Shown: piece after piece, positions 16,585 to 24,982 of the stretch | Layout of the letters: every line of letters begins with the position of its first letter | Position numbering within the stretch: position 1 is the first letter of the stretch | Source of the DNA: Candidatus Staskawiczbacteria bacterium | GTDB lineage: Bacteria; Patescibacteriota; Minisyncoccia; Minisyncoccales; Staskawiczbacteraceae | Assembly: GCA_041661545.1 (NCBI GenBank) | Contig: JBAZUH010000001.1 | Span: 275,877-339,876 of the forward strand | Direction of reading: 5' to 3' | DNA: 64,000 nucleotides | Translations under genes and position numbers: made by a program | The notes under the pieces: generated by a model | What the model was told of the DNA's origin: nothing | Database searches by the model: none | The model's input: only the letters and a program-made list of their open reading frames with translations

Positions 16585-16699
16585 ATGAAAAGTCTTTCTA
16601 GTTGTGAAAGTTCGAAAAATTGTTAATTATTTTTACAATATTATAAACCCCGTGTCAATGGTGAAATTTAAACTAATTTGTGATAGTATTAAAAAAATC

Positions 16700-17845
16700 A
16701 TGACAAAGAAAATTAGACTAATAATATTACTTGTTTGTGCAGTTTGTTTTTTGGTTGGAGCACTAATTTTGATTCCATACTCTATGGGATATAGATACGA
16801 TTTTAAAAAAAATAAAATAACAGAAATTGGAGGCATTTATGTAAGAAGCTTCCCTGCTGCAGACAAAGTTACCGTTGATTCTAGAATATTTGGAAAGCCA
16901 AAATTGCTTTCTAGCGACGTTTTTGTACAAAATTTAATTCCAGATGAACACTCTGTTTTAGTTGAAAAAATAGGATATTATGACTACTTTAAAACTATAA
17001 TAGTAGAACAAAAAGAAGTAACAAAATTAGAAAATATACTTTTAATTAAAAAAAACATACAATTTAACATTTCTACGGGAATAGCCGACCAATCGGGAAA
17101 ACCTCAATCACCCTTTATTAGCCAAGATAAATATATAATTAAAAATAATAATTTATACTATTCTAATATTTTAGAAAATTCTAAGCTAACAGCCCTTCAA
17201 AAATCAACCCCTATTTTAAAAAAGATTTTAGCTTTCACAATACAAAATAATAATATAATTTGGCTTAATACTGATGGATTTATTTATAAATCTGACTTAA
17301 CAAAATTATCGGCAATACCAGAAAAAATAACTAAAACAGCTTTAAAAATTATAAAAACCGGAACCTATAAAATAATATCTTACAACAAAAATTTCTTTGT
17401 AAATAACAATGGCAGTTTATTATTTTTAAACCAAAAAACAAATATATTAGACAACTTCTATTCTCCAATTAAAGGTGTTATATTTTCTCCCGATGGTAAA
17501 AATATAATTTATTATAATGATAACAATATTTATATATCGCTTCTTCCAACTGACAATATAACTCCTATTGAAAAAATACTTTTATATAAATCTTCTACTA
17601 AAATTACTAGCTGTATTTGGTTAAATAGTAGCTATATTATATTTACTACTAATAATAAAATAATAATTTCTGAAATAGATTATAGGGGCCATATAAATTT
17701 GGCAACTCTGCCACAAACAATAGACATATCTGTTGAACAAAAAATTAATCTTGAAAAACCTCAAATATTTTTTAGCCAGCACGAAGGAAAACTTTATATT
17801 TTAAACAATAAAATTCTAATCTCTTCCGAAAAAATCTCCTCGTAG
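16700..17845 (+). CDS. membrane-anchored hypothetical protein
   Basis: The ORF is open from 16604, but the ATG at 16700 begins a signal-anchor (MTKKIRLIILLVCAVCFLVGALI). Asn/Ile-rich, probably a beta-rich extracytoplasmic domain. Confidence 0.65.
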   Translation: MTKKIRLIILLVCAVCFLVGALILIPYSMGYRYDFKKNKITEIGGIYVRSFPAADKVTVDSRIFGKPKLLSSDVFVQNLIPDEHSVLVEKIGYYDYFKTIIVEQKEVTKLENILLIKKNIQFNISTGIADQSGKPQSPFISQDKYIIKNNNLYYSNILENSKLTALQKSTPILKKILAFTIQNNNIIWLNTDGFIYKSDLTKLSAIPEKITKTALKIIKTGTYKIISYNKNFFVNNNGSLLFLNQKTNILDNFYSPIKGVIFSPDGKNIIYYNDNNIYISLLPTDNITPIEKILLYKSSTKITSCIWLNSSYIIFTTNNKIIISEIDYRGHINLATLPQTIDISVEQKINLEKPQIFFSQHEGKLYILNNKILISSEKISS

Positions 17846-17916
17846 CATCCCTCAAAAATGGTAGCATTTTTTGTGTCAAAAAACGCTATTTTTGGGGATA
17901 TTCATTTAAAAAAAGA

Positions 17917-17941
17917 AGCCCTGCGATATCGCGGGCTTTTT
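17917..17941. terminator. bidirectional intrinsic terminator
   Basis: A-run, then AGCCCTGCGATATCGCGGGCT, then T-run, between convergent genes. Confidence 0.7.
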
Positions 17942-17959
17942 AGTTGCATTTTCGCTTGA

Positions 17960-19102
17960 TTATCTGACTCCCAACGTTTTGCCAAGATATCCCAAGCCTT
18001 TTGGCTTAATAACAACTTGCTTCATTTCACTTCGTTCCACATGACCAGCACAATACGTGCGATAACGACGAGCTCCTTGGTTAATCGTGTCAAAAACTTT
18101 ATCGATGTCTCTTTCAGGAACGTATATTGCGAAACCAGCACCCATATTAAGGTTGCCGTACGATTCATAATCGTCAACCGGTCCATGCTCTTGAATAAAA
18201 TCGAAAATTGGAAGTTGTGTCGGTAGTTCATCAATCACATAAGCAAACGGCTGAGTTGCCCGCATAAGCTTACGCCAACCATGACCAGTAATATTCACCG
18301 CATAATGAATGTCCACGCCACTTCTAAGGCAATCTGCGACAAGATCAACATAAATGTGGGTCGGCTCGAGCAATGCTTCGCCATAAGTCTGACCGTCGGA
18401 AAGCTTTGTCATATATCCTTTGTCCAACTTGCCAGCAATCTCTCTGGCCAAAGTTAAACCATTAGCATGAATACCAGAACTCTCTGCGATAATAATTAGA
18501 TCACCATGCTGAATGTTAATCGGATCGATCAATTTATCCCTAGGAGCGAAACCGACAGTTGCTCCTGCAAGGTCTGCCGTACCAGGAACAACAATGCCCT
18601 TGAGCGTTGGCGTCTCTCCTCCACCCCATGTGCATCTCGCCAACATACACGCTCGTTTTGTTCCTTCAATCAATTCTCGACAACGCGCTTCGTTACTAAA
18701 CCAATCCGACTCTCCCACGGCAAGATATTGACCGTAAATGAAGGGAAGTGTTCCCAGGGTGATTATATCATTGAAAGCCATAGCTGCATTGCATTGAGCC
18801 ACATGCTCGTAAAAAGTTCTGCCGGTAAGTGTTTCAATTTGGACAGCCAATTGAATGAGTTCTTCACGGAATGCGTCGGCCACTAAGTTTTTCGTCCCGA
18901 GACCCTCAACAACAAAACCAATATACCCCCACGGCGTTTCAATCAAATAACAACTCTCCCCACGACTCCACTCCACTTCGCTAAATCCAAATTCATCAAG
19001 GTTTGCTGTAGTTTTTCGGCCAGCGAGCTGTGCCATGCGCTTAAATGGGTCCATCAAATCATAATCTACGCCAGTTCCGGCGTAAGTGATATTGTTTTCC
19101 AT
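17960..19102 (-). CDS. AIR synthase (PurM)-related protein, GC-rich islet
   Basis: YAGTGVDYDLMDPFKR...VEGLGTKNLVA...GGGETP...SSGIHANGLTLAR...NITGHGW follows PurM-superfamily order. AAGGAG RBS 8 nt upstream. Flanked by terminators on both sides. Confidence 0.7.
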   Translation of the reverse strand: MENNITYAGTGVDYDLMDPFKRMAQLAGRKTTANLDEFGFSEVEWSRGESCYLIETPWGYIGFVVEGLGTKNLVADAFREELIQLAVQIETLTGRTFYEHVAQCNAAMAFNDIITLGTLPFIYGQYLAVGESDWFSNEARCRELIEGTKRACMLARCTWGGGETPTLKGIVVPGTADLAGATVGFAPRDKLIDPINIQHGDLIIIAESSGIHANGLTLAREIAGKLDKGYMTKLSDGQTYGEALLEPTHIYVDLVADCLRSGVDIHYAVNITGHGWRKLMRATQPFAYVIDELPTQLPIFDFIQEHGPVDDYESYGNLNMGAGFAIYVPERDIDKVFDTINQGARRYRTYCAGHVERSEMKQVVIKPKGLGYLGKTLGVR

Positions 19103-19211
19103 GGTGCTTTCTCCTTAGGTTGGGTACTTGGATAATTCAAACTATATTAAATTTCCAAGGTGCTAGGCTTATATTAACCATTTTCTTCAAAAACGCAACC
19201 CTTCGCGCAAC

Positions 19212-19236
19212 AAAAAACCGCCTCTCGGCGGTTTTT
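19212..19236. terminator. bidirectional intrinsic terminator downstream of rpsI
   Basis: AAAAAA-CCGCC-TCTC-GGCGG-TTTTT. Confidence 0.75.
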
Positions 19237-19240
19237 ATAA

Positions 19241-19831
19241 TTAACGTTTGGCCCACTGTGGTGCTCTTCTTGCACGTCTTAATCCGAATTTCTTTCTTTC
19301 TCTCATTCTTGGATCTCTAGTTAAAAATCCTGCTTTTCTTAATCTTTTTCTAAAGTTTGCATTAAAATCTACCAATACCCTAGCTGTTCCATGTCTAATT
19401 GCTTCTGCTTGAGCTCTATGTCCTCCACCTTTTACAACAATTGTTATTCTAAACTTGTCTAAGCATTTCATTTTTTTCATTGAAGCAACTGCCGACTCTC
19501 TATCTTCTACTGTTTGAAAATATTTTGTATAATCTTGATCGTTTACAATAAATTCTTTATCACCCTTAGTAAAAAGTCTTATACGAGCTACTGCTGTTTT
19601 TCTTCTACCAATTGCTTCAAAATATCTATCTGGTTTTCCGGCTGAATCTTTTATTGATTGAGCAATTTCTTTTGAAATATCGTCGTCACCCATATCATCT
19701 AAAATTTCTTCTTCGGGTTTAATAAAAAGAGTGCTAACTGGTTTTATTTCTTCTACAATATCAACTACAGGAGCTTTTATTGGCTCTTCTTTTTTAGTTA
19801 CTACTTTTTTTGTTATTTTTTTATCTGCCAT
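19241..19831 (-). CDS. rpsI: 30S ribosomal protein S9 with long N-terminal extension
   Basis: C-terminus ...RDPRMRERKKFGLRRARRAPQWAKR. The ATG at 19831 lies just after the rplM stop. The track start at 19840 is a TTG. Confidence 0.9.
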   Translation of the reverse strand: MADKKITKKVVTKKEEPIKAPVVDIVEEIKPVSTLFIKPEEEILDDMGDDDISKEIAQSIKDSAGKPDRYFEAIGRRKTAVARIRLFTKGDKEFIVNDQDYTKYFQTVEDRESAVASMKKMKCLDKFRITIVVKGGGHRAQAEAIRHGTARVLVDFNANFRKRLRKAGFLTRDPRMRERKKFGLRRARRAPQWAKR

Positions 19832-19832
19832 T

Positions 19833-20192
19833 TTATTCAAATCTTAATCTTTTAATTTGCTGTGCTCTTAATTTATTTTTTGTAAGCATGCCCATAACAG
19901 CTTTTCTTAAAACTTCTTTTGGGCCTCTTTTTATTAAAAATTCTTTTAATGTAGCTTTTTTTAAGTTTCCTAAATATCCTGTAAAGTGAAAATAATTTTT
20001 ATTTTCTAATTTGTTTCCGGTAAATTTCATTTTATCAATATTTTTTACCAAAACTGTATCGCCCACGTCTTTATATGGTACAAAACTTGGCTTATTTTTG
20101 CCACGTAAAGCAACAGCAACCTCAACAGCTAATCTGCCTAAAGCTTTATTTTCTGCGTCTATTGATATAACTTTTCTTATTGTTGTTTCCAT
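19833..20192 (-). CDS. rplM: 50S ribosomal protein L13
   Basis: KALGRLAVEVAVALRGKNKPSFVPYKDVGD... pattern. Confidence 0.95.
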   Translation of the reverse strand: METTIRKVISIDAENKALGRLAVEVAVALRGKNKPSFVPYKDVGDTVLVKNIDKMKFTGNKLENKNYFHFTGYLGNLKKATLKEFLIKRGPKEVLRKAVMGMLTKNKLRAQQIKRLRFE

Positions 20193-20210
20193 AATTTTAT
20201 TGCCGAACGA

Positions 20211-20561
20211 CTATTTAACTAACTCTATTATTACCATTTTGGCTCCGTCTGAATGACGAGGCCCTAATTTTATAATTCTAGTATACCCACCATGTCTTTC
20301 TAAATATCTAGGAGCCAAATCATTTATTATTTTCTTTGTTAATGTTGGTGTTAAATTTTGTGCTAAAATTCTTCTATTAGCTAAATTTACGTTCTTGGCC
20401 CTTGTAATCATTTTTTCAGCAATAGATCTTAATTCTTTAGCTTTGGCCTCGGTTGTTTTCATTTTTTCGTGTAGTAAAAAATTATTAACCAACACTCTTA
20501 ATAGTGCATTTCTTGGTCCAATTTTTCTTGAAAATTTTCTGCCTTTATTCTTCTTATTCAT
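20211..20561 (-). CDS. rplQ: 50S ribosomal protein L17
   Basis: GRKFSRKIGPRNALLR...TTEAKAKELR..AEKMIT.AK pattern. Confidence 0.95.
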   Translation of the reverse strand: MNKKNKGRKFSRKIGPRNALLRVLVNNFLLHEKMKTTEAKAKELRSIAEKMITRAKNVNLANRRILAQNLTPTLTKKIINDLAPRYLERHGGYTRIIKLGPRHSDGAKMVIIELVK

Positions 20562-21504
20562 CGCCTTTTAATTCTAAGCCTAATTTTTTAATTTTTCTTT
20601 TAATTTCTGACATTGCTTTGTCTCCCATACCCTCTAATTCAGCTAAACTTTTTTCGGACTTCTTAACAATTCCCCCAACTGTTTTTATGCCATTATTTAA
20701 CAAAGCATTAAGTGTTCTGCCGGTTAATTTTAAATCTTCTACTATTAATTTTGTTACATCTTGTTCTTCTGTTTCTTCAGCCTCTTCTGATTTAGATTTT
20801 TTGCTTTCTTTCTTTTCATCGCCAGCTTTTCCTTCAAAAATAATATTAAAATGTTTTATTAAAATATCACAAGCTTCAAAAAAAGATTCTTCTGGCGTAA
20901 TTGTTCCATCTGTTTCAATATCTAAATTCAATTTATCAAAATCTGTTCTGTCGCCTACGCGCATATTTTCAACCTGAAAGCTTACATTTCTTACTGGTGT
21001 AAATATAGCATCAACCACAATATTTCCTATTTCTGATCTCTTTGTTCTTATTTGATCTTTTGGAACATATCCAATTCCTCTTTCAATAGTAACTTCAATA
21101 TCTAGCTCTGTTTTTTTATCTGTTATTGTTGCTATGTGCAATTCTGGATTTGTTAATTTAATTTGTGAAGGGCATTTAAAATCTGACCCCTTAACTTCTC
21201 CGTCTCCCTTAACTTTTAATTGAACTTTTTGAGAATCTCCTTCAAAAATTTTAAATCTTAAATTCTTTATATTCAAAATTATCATTATAGTGTCTTCAAA
21301 AACACCGGGGATTGTTGAAAATTCATGTGGAACTCCTTTTATCTTAACTTCTGTTACCGCTGCTCCCTGTAAAGATGATAATAAAACTCTTCTTAAGGCA
21401 TTACCAATAGTAACACCATATCCTGGGTATAATCCTTCTACTTCAAAAACAGCTTGATTTTTCTTTTTCTGTATTACTTTTGGTGGCAATGGAAGTGATA
21501 TCAT
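20554..21504 (-). CDS. rpoA: DNA-directed RNA polymerase subunit alpha
   Basis: GYGVTIGNALRRVLLSS N-terminal domain, C-terminal helix-hairpin-helix domain, and alpha-operon position. Confidence 0.95.
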   Translation of the reverse strand: MISLPLPPKVIQKKKNQAVFEVEGLYPGYGVTIGNALRRVLLSSLQGAAVTEVKIKGVPHEFSTIPGVFEDTIMIILNIKNLRFKIFEGDSQKVQLKVKGDGEVKGSDFKCPSQIKLTNPELHIATITDKKTELDIEVTIERGIGYVPKDQIRTKRSEIGNIVVDAIFTPVRNVSFQVENMRVGDRTDFDKLNLDIETDGTITPEESFFEACDILIKHFNIIFEGKAGDEKKESKKSKSEEAEETEEQDVTKLIVEDLKLTGRTLNALLNNGIKTVGGIVKKSEKSLAELEGMGDKAMSEIKRKIKKLGLELKGDE

Positions 21505-21584
21505 TTTACTTTTTTTAATTCCAGATATCAGTACTTTTCCTTAGTAAAAATTAGGATTAGCACTATCCCCCTGGCAAATTAAAA

Positions 21585-22214
21585 TTATCGTGAATAAAAC
21601 TCAAATATTAACGAAAGCTCTGCCGGAGGTTTAACCTCGTCTAAACTTGGTTCTCCGATAGTTTTCGCTTCTAATTTATTTTTATCAAGAGACAACCACA
21701 TAGGCATCTCTTTTCTCTTTAATTCATTGGCTAATTCTTTAAATATACCTTTTCCTTTTTTAGTTTCTTTAATAAAAATAGTATCATCTTTTTCAACCTG
21801 ATATGAAGGTATATTAACTGGCTTTCCGTTTATTAAAAAATAACTATGCGAAACAAGCTGTCTTGCTTGTGCTCTAGTTTTTGCAAAACCCAATCTAAAT
21901 ATAACATTATCTAATCTTTTTTCTAATCTTCTAATAAGCTCTGCTGAAACATCATCAACTTTATCCATTCTTTGTACAGTTTCCTTAACATATCTTTTAA
22001 ATTGTCTTTCTGAAAGACCATACCATTTTTTTAATGTTTGCTTTTCATTTAATGATTTTTTGTATTCTGATGGAGTTCCTCCCTTTCTCTTTTTTTGAGG
22101 ACCTGGAGCATATGCTCTTCTTGTAATAGCACATTTTTCTGAAAAACAACGGTCACCCTTTAAAAAGAGCTTTTGTCCTAATCTTCTACAAGTTTTACAT
22201 TGATCGTATTGCAT
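21585..22214 (-). CDS. rpsD: 30S ribosomal protein S4
   Basis: CxxC..C N-terminal knuckle, S4 domain (RLDNVIFRLGFAKTRAQARQLVSH), and operon position. Confidence 0.95.
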   Translation of the reverse strand: MQYDQCKTCRRLGQKLFLKGDRCFSEKCAITRRAYAPGPQKKRKGGTPSEYKKSLNEKQTLKKWYGLSERQFKRYVKETVQRMDKVDDVSAELIRRLEKRLDNVIFRLGFAKTRAQARQLVSHSYFLINGKPVNIPSYQVEKDDTIFIKETKKGKGIFKELANELKRKEMPMWLSLDKNKLEAKTIGEPSLDEVKPPAELSLIFEFYSR

Positions 22215-22224
22215 AATATATAAG

Positions 22225-22695
22225 TTATACTCTTCTTACTTTCTTTTGCCTGCATCCATTATGAGGAATTGGCGTTACGTCTTTTATTGAAACAACATTT
22301 AATCCTTGTGTTATAAGTGTTCTTACCGCAGATTCTCTGCCAGCTCCAATACCTTTAATTGAAACTTCTATCTTATCTACAACTCCCATTTTTTTACATA
22401 TTGCTGCTATAGTTTCGGCTACTCTAGAAGCTGCAAAAGAAGTAGATTTTTTGGCACCCTTAAATCCTACCGAACCTGCTGATTTCCAAGCTAAAACTTG
22501 CCCCTTTGAATTGGTAAGAGTTATTATTGTATTATTATATGTAGAAGTAATATAAATTTTTCCGCCCTGAGTTCCCGTGCTAGATATCTTTTCTGAAGAT
22601 ACCTTGGCCCCCTCTTTGGCAACAGCTTTATCAATCTTTTCTTGCTCTTTTATTACTTCTTCTTGATTTGTCTCAACTATATGTTTTTTTCCCAT
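22225..22695 (-). CDS. rpsK: 30S ribosomal protein S11 with N-terminal extension
   Basis: [17 protein letters not shown]...[13 protein letters not shown].... The start was moved to the ATG at 22695 (MGKKH) so it no longer overlaps rpsM. Confidence 0.9.
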   Translation of the reverse strand: MGKKHIVETNQEEVIKEQEKIDKAVAKEGAKVSSEKISSTGTQGGKIYITSTYNNTIITLTNSKGQVLAWKSAGSVGFKGAKKSTSFAASRVAETIAAICKKMGVVDKIEVSIKGIGAGRESAVRTLITQGLNVVSIKDVTPIPHNGCRQKKVRRV

Positions 22696-22708
22696 AAGTT
22701 TACGTGTT

Positions 22709-23098
22709 TTAACCTGGCGATGCGGCTGGCTTCCTGCCCGATCCCATAGTTTTTCTAACATTACCCCTAACTGTTCTATTATTTGTTTTTGTTCTTTGTC
22801 CTCTTACTGGCAACCCTCTAGAGTGTCGCGTTCCTCTCCATGCTCCGATATCTTTTAACCTTTTAATATTTATCATGATTTGTCTTCTCAAATCTCCTTC
22901 AATCTTATAGTTCTTTTCAATCAACTCTTTTAAGTCATTAACTTCTTTAGCAGACAATTCGGAGGCTTTTTTATTAATATCAATTTTTAACTCTCCTAAT
23001 ACTTTTTTACTCAAAGCATTCCCCACTCCGTATATGTAAGTTAAAGATATTTCTATTCTTTTATTTTCGGGTATATTTACCCCAGCAATTCTTGGCAT
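22709..23098 (-). CDS. rpsM: 30S ribosomal protein S13
   Basis: [26 protein letters not shown]. The track start at 23116 lies inside a repeat element. Confidence 0.95.
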   Translation of the reverse strand: MPRIAGVNIPENKRIEISLTYIYGVGNALSKKVLGELKIDINKKASELSAKEVNDLKELIEKNYKIEGDLRRQIMINIKRLKDIGAWRGTRHSRGLPVRGQRTKTNNRTVRGNVRKTMGSGRKPAASPG

Positions 23099-23105
23099 TT
23101 TATTT

Positions 23106-23181
23106 AAGTGAGGCAATAAGATTTTTCGAAGCTTGTTGTGCGAAGCGAATAAGTGCGTAGAAAAATTTTATTGCCGAACGA
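23106..23181. repeat. family-1 palindromic element
   Basis: AAGTGAGGCAATAAGATTTTTCGAAGCTTGTTGTGCGAAGCGAATAAGTGCGTAGAAAAATTTTATTGCCGAACGA. Near-identical to the 12983 copy. Lies between rpmJ and rpsM. Confidence 0.9.
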
Positions 23182-23184
23182 TGT

Positions 23185-23301
23185 TTATCCCTGTCTTTGT
23201 TTATGTTTAGGATTCTTTTTACAAATAACGTAAAGCCTGCCCTCTCTTCTGATGATTTTGCAGTCATTACATATTTTTTTAATTGATGGTCTTACTTTCA
23301 T
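23185..23301 (-). CDS. rpmJ: 50S ribosomal protein L36
   Basis: Hand translation gives [38 protein letters not shown] (38 aa). Too short for the ORF track. Confidence 0.95.
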   Translation of the reverse strand: MKVRPSIKKICNDCKIIRREGRLYVICKKNPKHKQRQG

Positions 23302-23357
23302 TTTTTCTAAAAAAAACTTAAAACCAAAAGGTTTTAAAATAAATTATTAAAATTATA

Positions 23358-23588
23358 TTACTTTAACCTATAAACAATTCTGCCCTTTTCTGAGTCATAT
23401 GGGCTCATTTCTAAAGAAACTTTGTCTCCTGGTAAAATTGTGATTCTATTCATTCTCATCTTCCCCGATAAAAATCCTGTTATCTCTTTTCCGTCGTTTA
23501 ATACTACCTTAAAAAAAGCGTTTGGTAAAGCTTCTATAACTCTTCCATCTATTTTTATAACTTGATTTTTTTCCTCGTTTGTAGGCAT
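23358..23588 (-). CDS. infA: translation initiation factor IF-1
   Basis: S1-like fold ...[16 protein letters not shown].....GKMR.N.I.ILPGDKV..E.SPYD..KGRI.YR. Confidence 0.95.
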   Translation of the reverse strand: MPTNEEKNQVIKIDGRVIEALPNAFFKVVLNDGKEITGFLSGKMRMNRITILPGDKVSLEMSPYDSEKGRIVYRLK

Positions 23589-23638
23589 TTGATAATAGTC
23601 TTATATTAGCAAATTAAGGTTAAAAGGTCAAGTACCTA

Positions 23639-24955
23639 CTAGAATTTCAGGAACACATTAACTGTTTTTTGATTCTTTGGAGCTGATTTTACCCAAAACG
23701 GCCAAAACTTTATTTCTACTTTAGACACTTGGTCTCCTAAATTATTATTTATAATTTGCCTTATTTGATTATCGTTCTCACCAAGCAAAGATAAAATTAA
23801 ATTATTCCTATCTATGTCTTGATAAATACTAGATGAAATATTCAAATTAAGAGTTGCCTTACCACCCGAAATATCAACTAAATTAGAAGAATAATCAGCG
23901 TTTGAGCTTCCTTCTAATATTGTTTTCCCGGCTGGTATTTTTGAAACCACATAATCATTTATAAATTTGTCTAAATCAGACTTTTTAAAAGCCAACGCGC
24001 TTGTTTCAACCGTAGCACTGTAATTAAAATTTTCAGTAACTGTGCCAGATTTTGTTTTTGTAGAAGCATCTACAGCATTAGATAAAATTGCACTATCTAA
24101 TAATATATATTCTGATGAAATTTGTTTTTTTACATCATCTACAGAATCAAGAGTGGCTTTTTCTATTAATACATTTTTAGCTTCTTGAATATCATCATCT
24201 GTTACTTTTTTAACCTTGCCTTCATAGCCACCAGTCATATCGCTTGTTGAAGATGCATAAACACTATAGTAGTAAGCAGTTCCCTTTAATCCTGGAACAG
24301 AAAAATTAGATGGGGCTATGTTGTAGGCAGTTCCGCCATCTACAGCTCTTACTTCTACATTAACTGTTCCGGGCTTAATTTTGCTTCCAGATTTTGTTGC
24401 AGCAGGAATAACAATTTTTTGAGGAGCTATAAATAATTTACCAGAATCAGACATAAATCGAGTTCCCTCTTTAAATGTAAATGATTTTGGTGGATCATAT
24501 TTATTATATATAGTTATGGTTCCATGCGCTTGACCTTCGTTTGTAGCATTTCCTGTAGCAGGAAAATCTTGGGCCACTGTTTTGGTTGCTTGAAAATACG
24601 TAGCAGGAATAATATTTTTTAAATAATCTACTGTATTAACATTTTTGTCAGCAACTATTGTTTGTTGAAAACTTAATGTTTCTACTTTTGGCCAAATAGT
24701 AATATCTGCTTTAGGTAATTTAAAAAATAAATATATACCAACTAATAATAAAACTATTGAAACTGTAATTAAAATAGGCCCTTTAAGCGATTTTTTGTCT
24801 TTTTTATTGCGAGCTACCGTGTTTGAAACAACAGCAGGGGTAGAAACAACGGCTGGACGTTTTTTTTCTTTAATTAAAATTTTAGACTCAACAGTCTTTT
24901 TTTCTGTTTTGCGAGTTGTTCTTGGATGCTTAATGTCGTATATTTTTTTGGCCAT
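23639..24955 (-). CDS. membrane-anchored hypothetical protein
   Basis: 438 aa with a basic N-terminus, one TM segment (ILITVSIVLLLVGIYLFF) and a Thr/Ser-rich beta-type ectodomain. No motif recognised with confidence. Confidence 0.6.
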   Translation of the reverse strand: MAKKIYDIKHPRTTRKTEKKTVESKILIKEKKRPAVVSTPAVVSNTVARNKKDKKSLKGPILITVSIVLLLVGIYLFFKLPKADITIWPKVETLSFQQTIVADKNVNTVDYLKNIIPATYFQATKTVAQDFPATGNATNEGQAHGTITIYNKYDPPKSFTFKEGTRFMSDSGKLFIAPQKIVIPAATKSGSKIKPGTVNVEVRAVDGGTAYNIAPSNFSVPGLKGTAYYYSVYASSTSDMTGGYEGKVKKVTDDDIQEAKNVLIEKATLDSVDDVKKQISSEYILLDSAILSNAVDASTKTKSGTVTENFNYSATVETSALAFKKSDLDKFINDYVVSKIPAGKTILEGSSNADYSSNLVDISGGKATLNLNISSSIYQDIDRNNLILSLLGENDNQIRQIINNNLGDQVSKVEIKFWPFWVKSAPKNQKTVNVFLKF

Positions 24956-24982
24956 AAAATATAATAAATAAAAATTAATAAT

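Noticed and set aside
20504-20977. Long plus-strand ORFs antisense to conserved genes (for example 20504..20977, 32073..32501, 46467..47000, 51427..51870, 39550..39900, 27089..27418, 54244..54588)
   Set aside because: Each is fully contained within, and antisense to, a confidently identified gene (rpoA/rplQ, rplF, methyltransferase, SDR, rpsJ/tuf, tpiA, copA). Their products are Phe/Ser/Ile/Leu-rich, as expected from reverse-complemented AT-rich codons.
22696-22761. Upstream extensions of ORF-track starts for rpsK (22761), rpsM (23116), rpsL (46368), rpsI (19840), rpsJ (39812) and the 16604 ORF
   Set aside because: The extensions overlap the preceding gene or a repeat element, or use TTG codons. 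Canonical r-protein N-termini ([18 protein letters not shown] and so on) or a signal anchor begin at internal ATGs.
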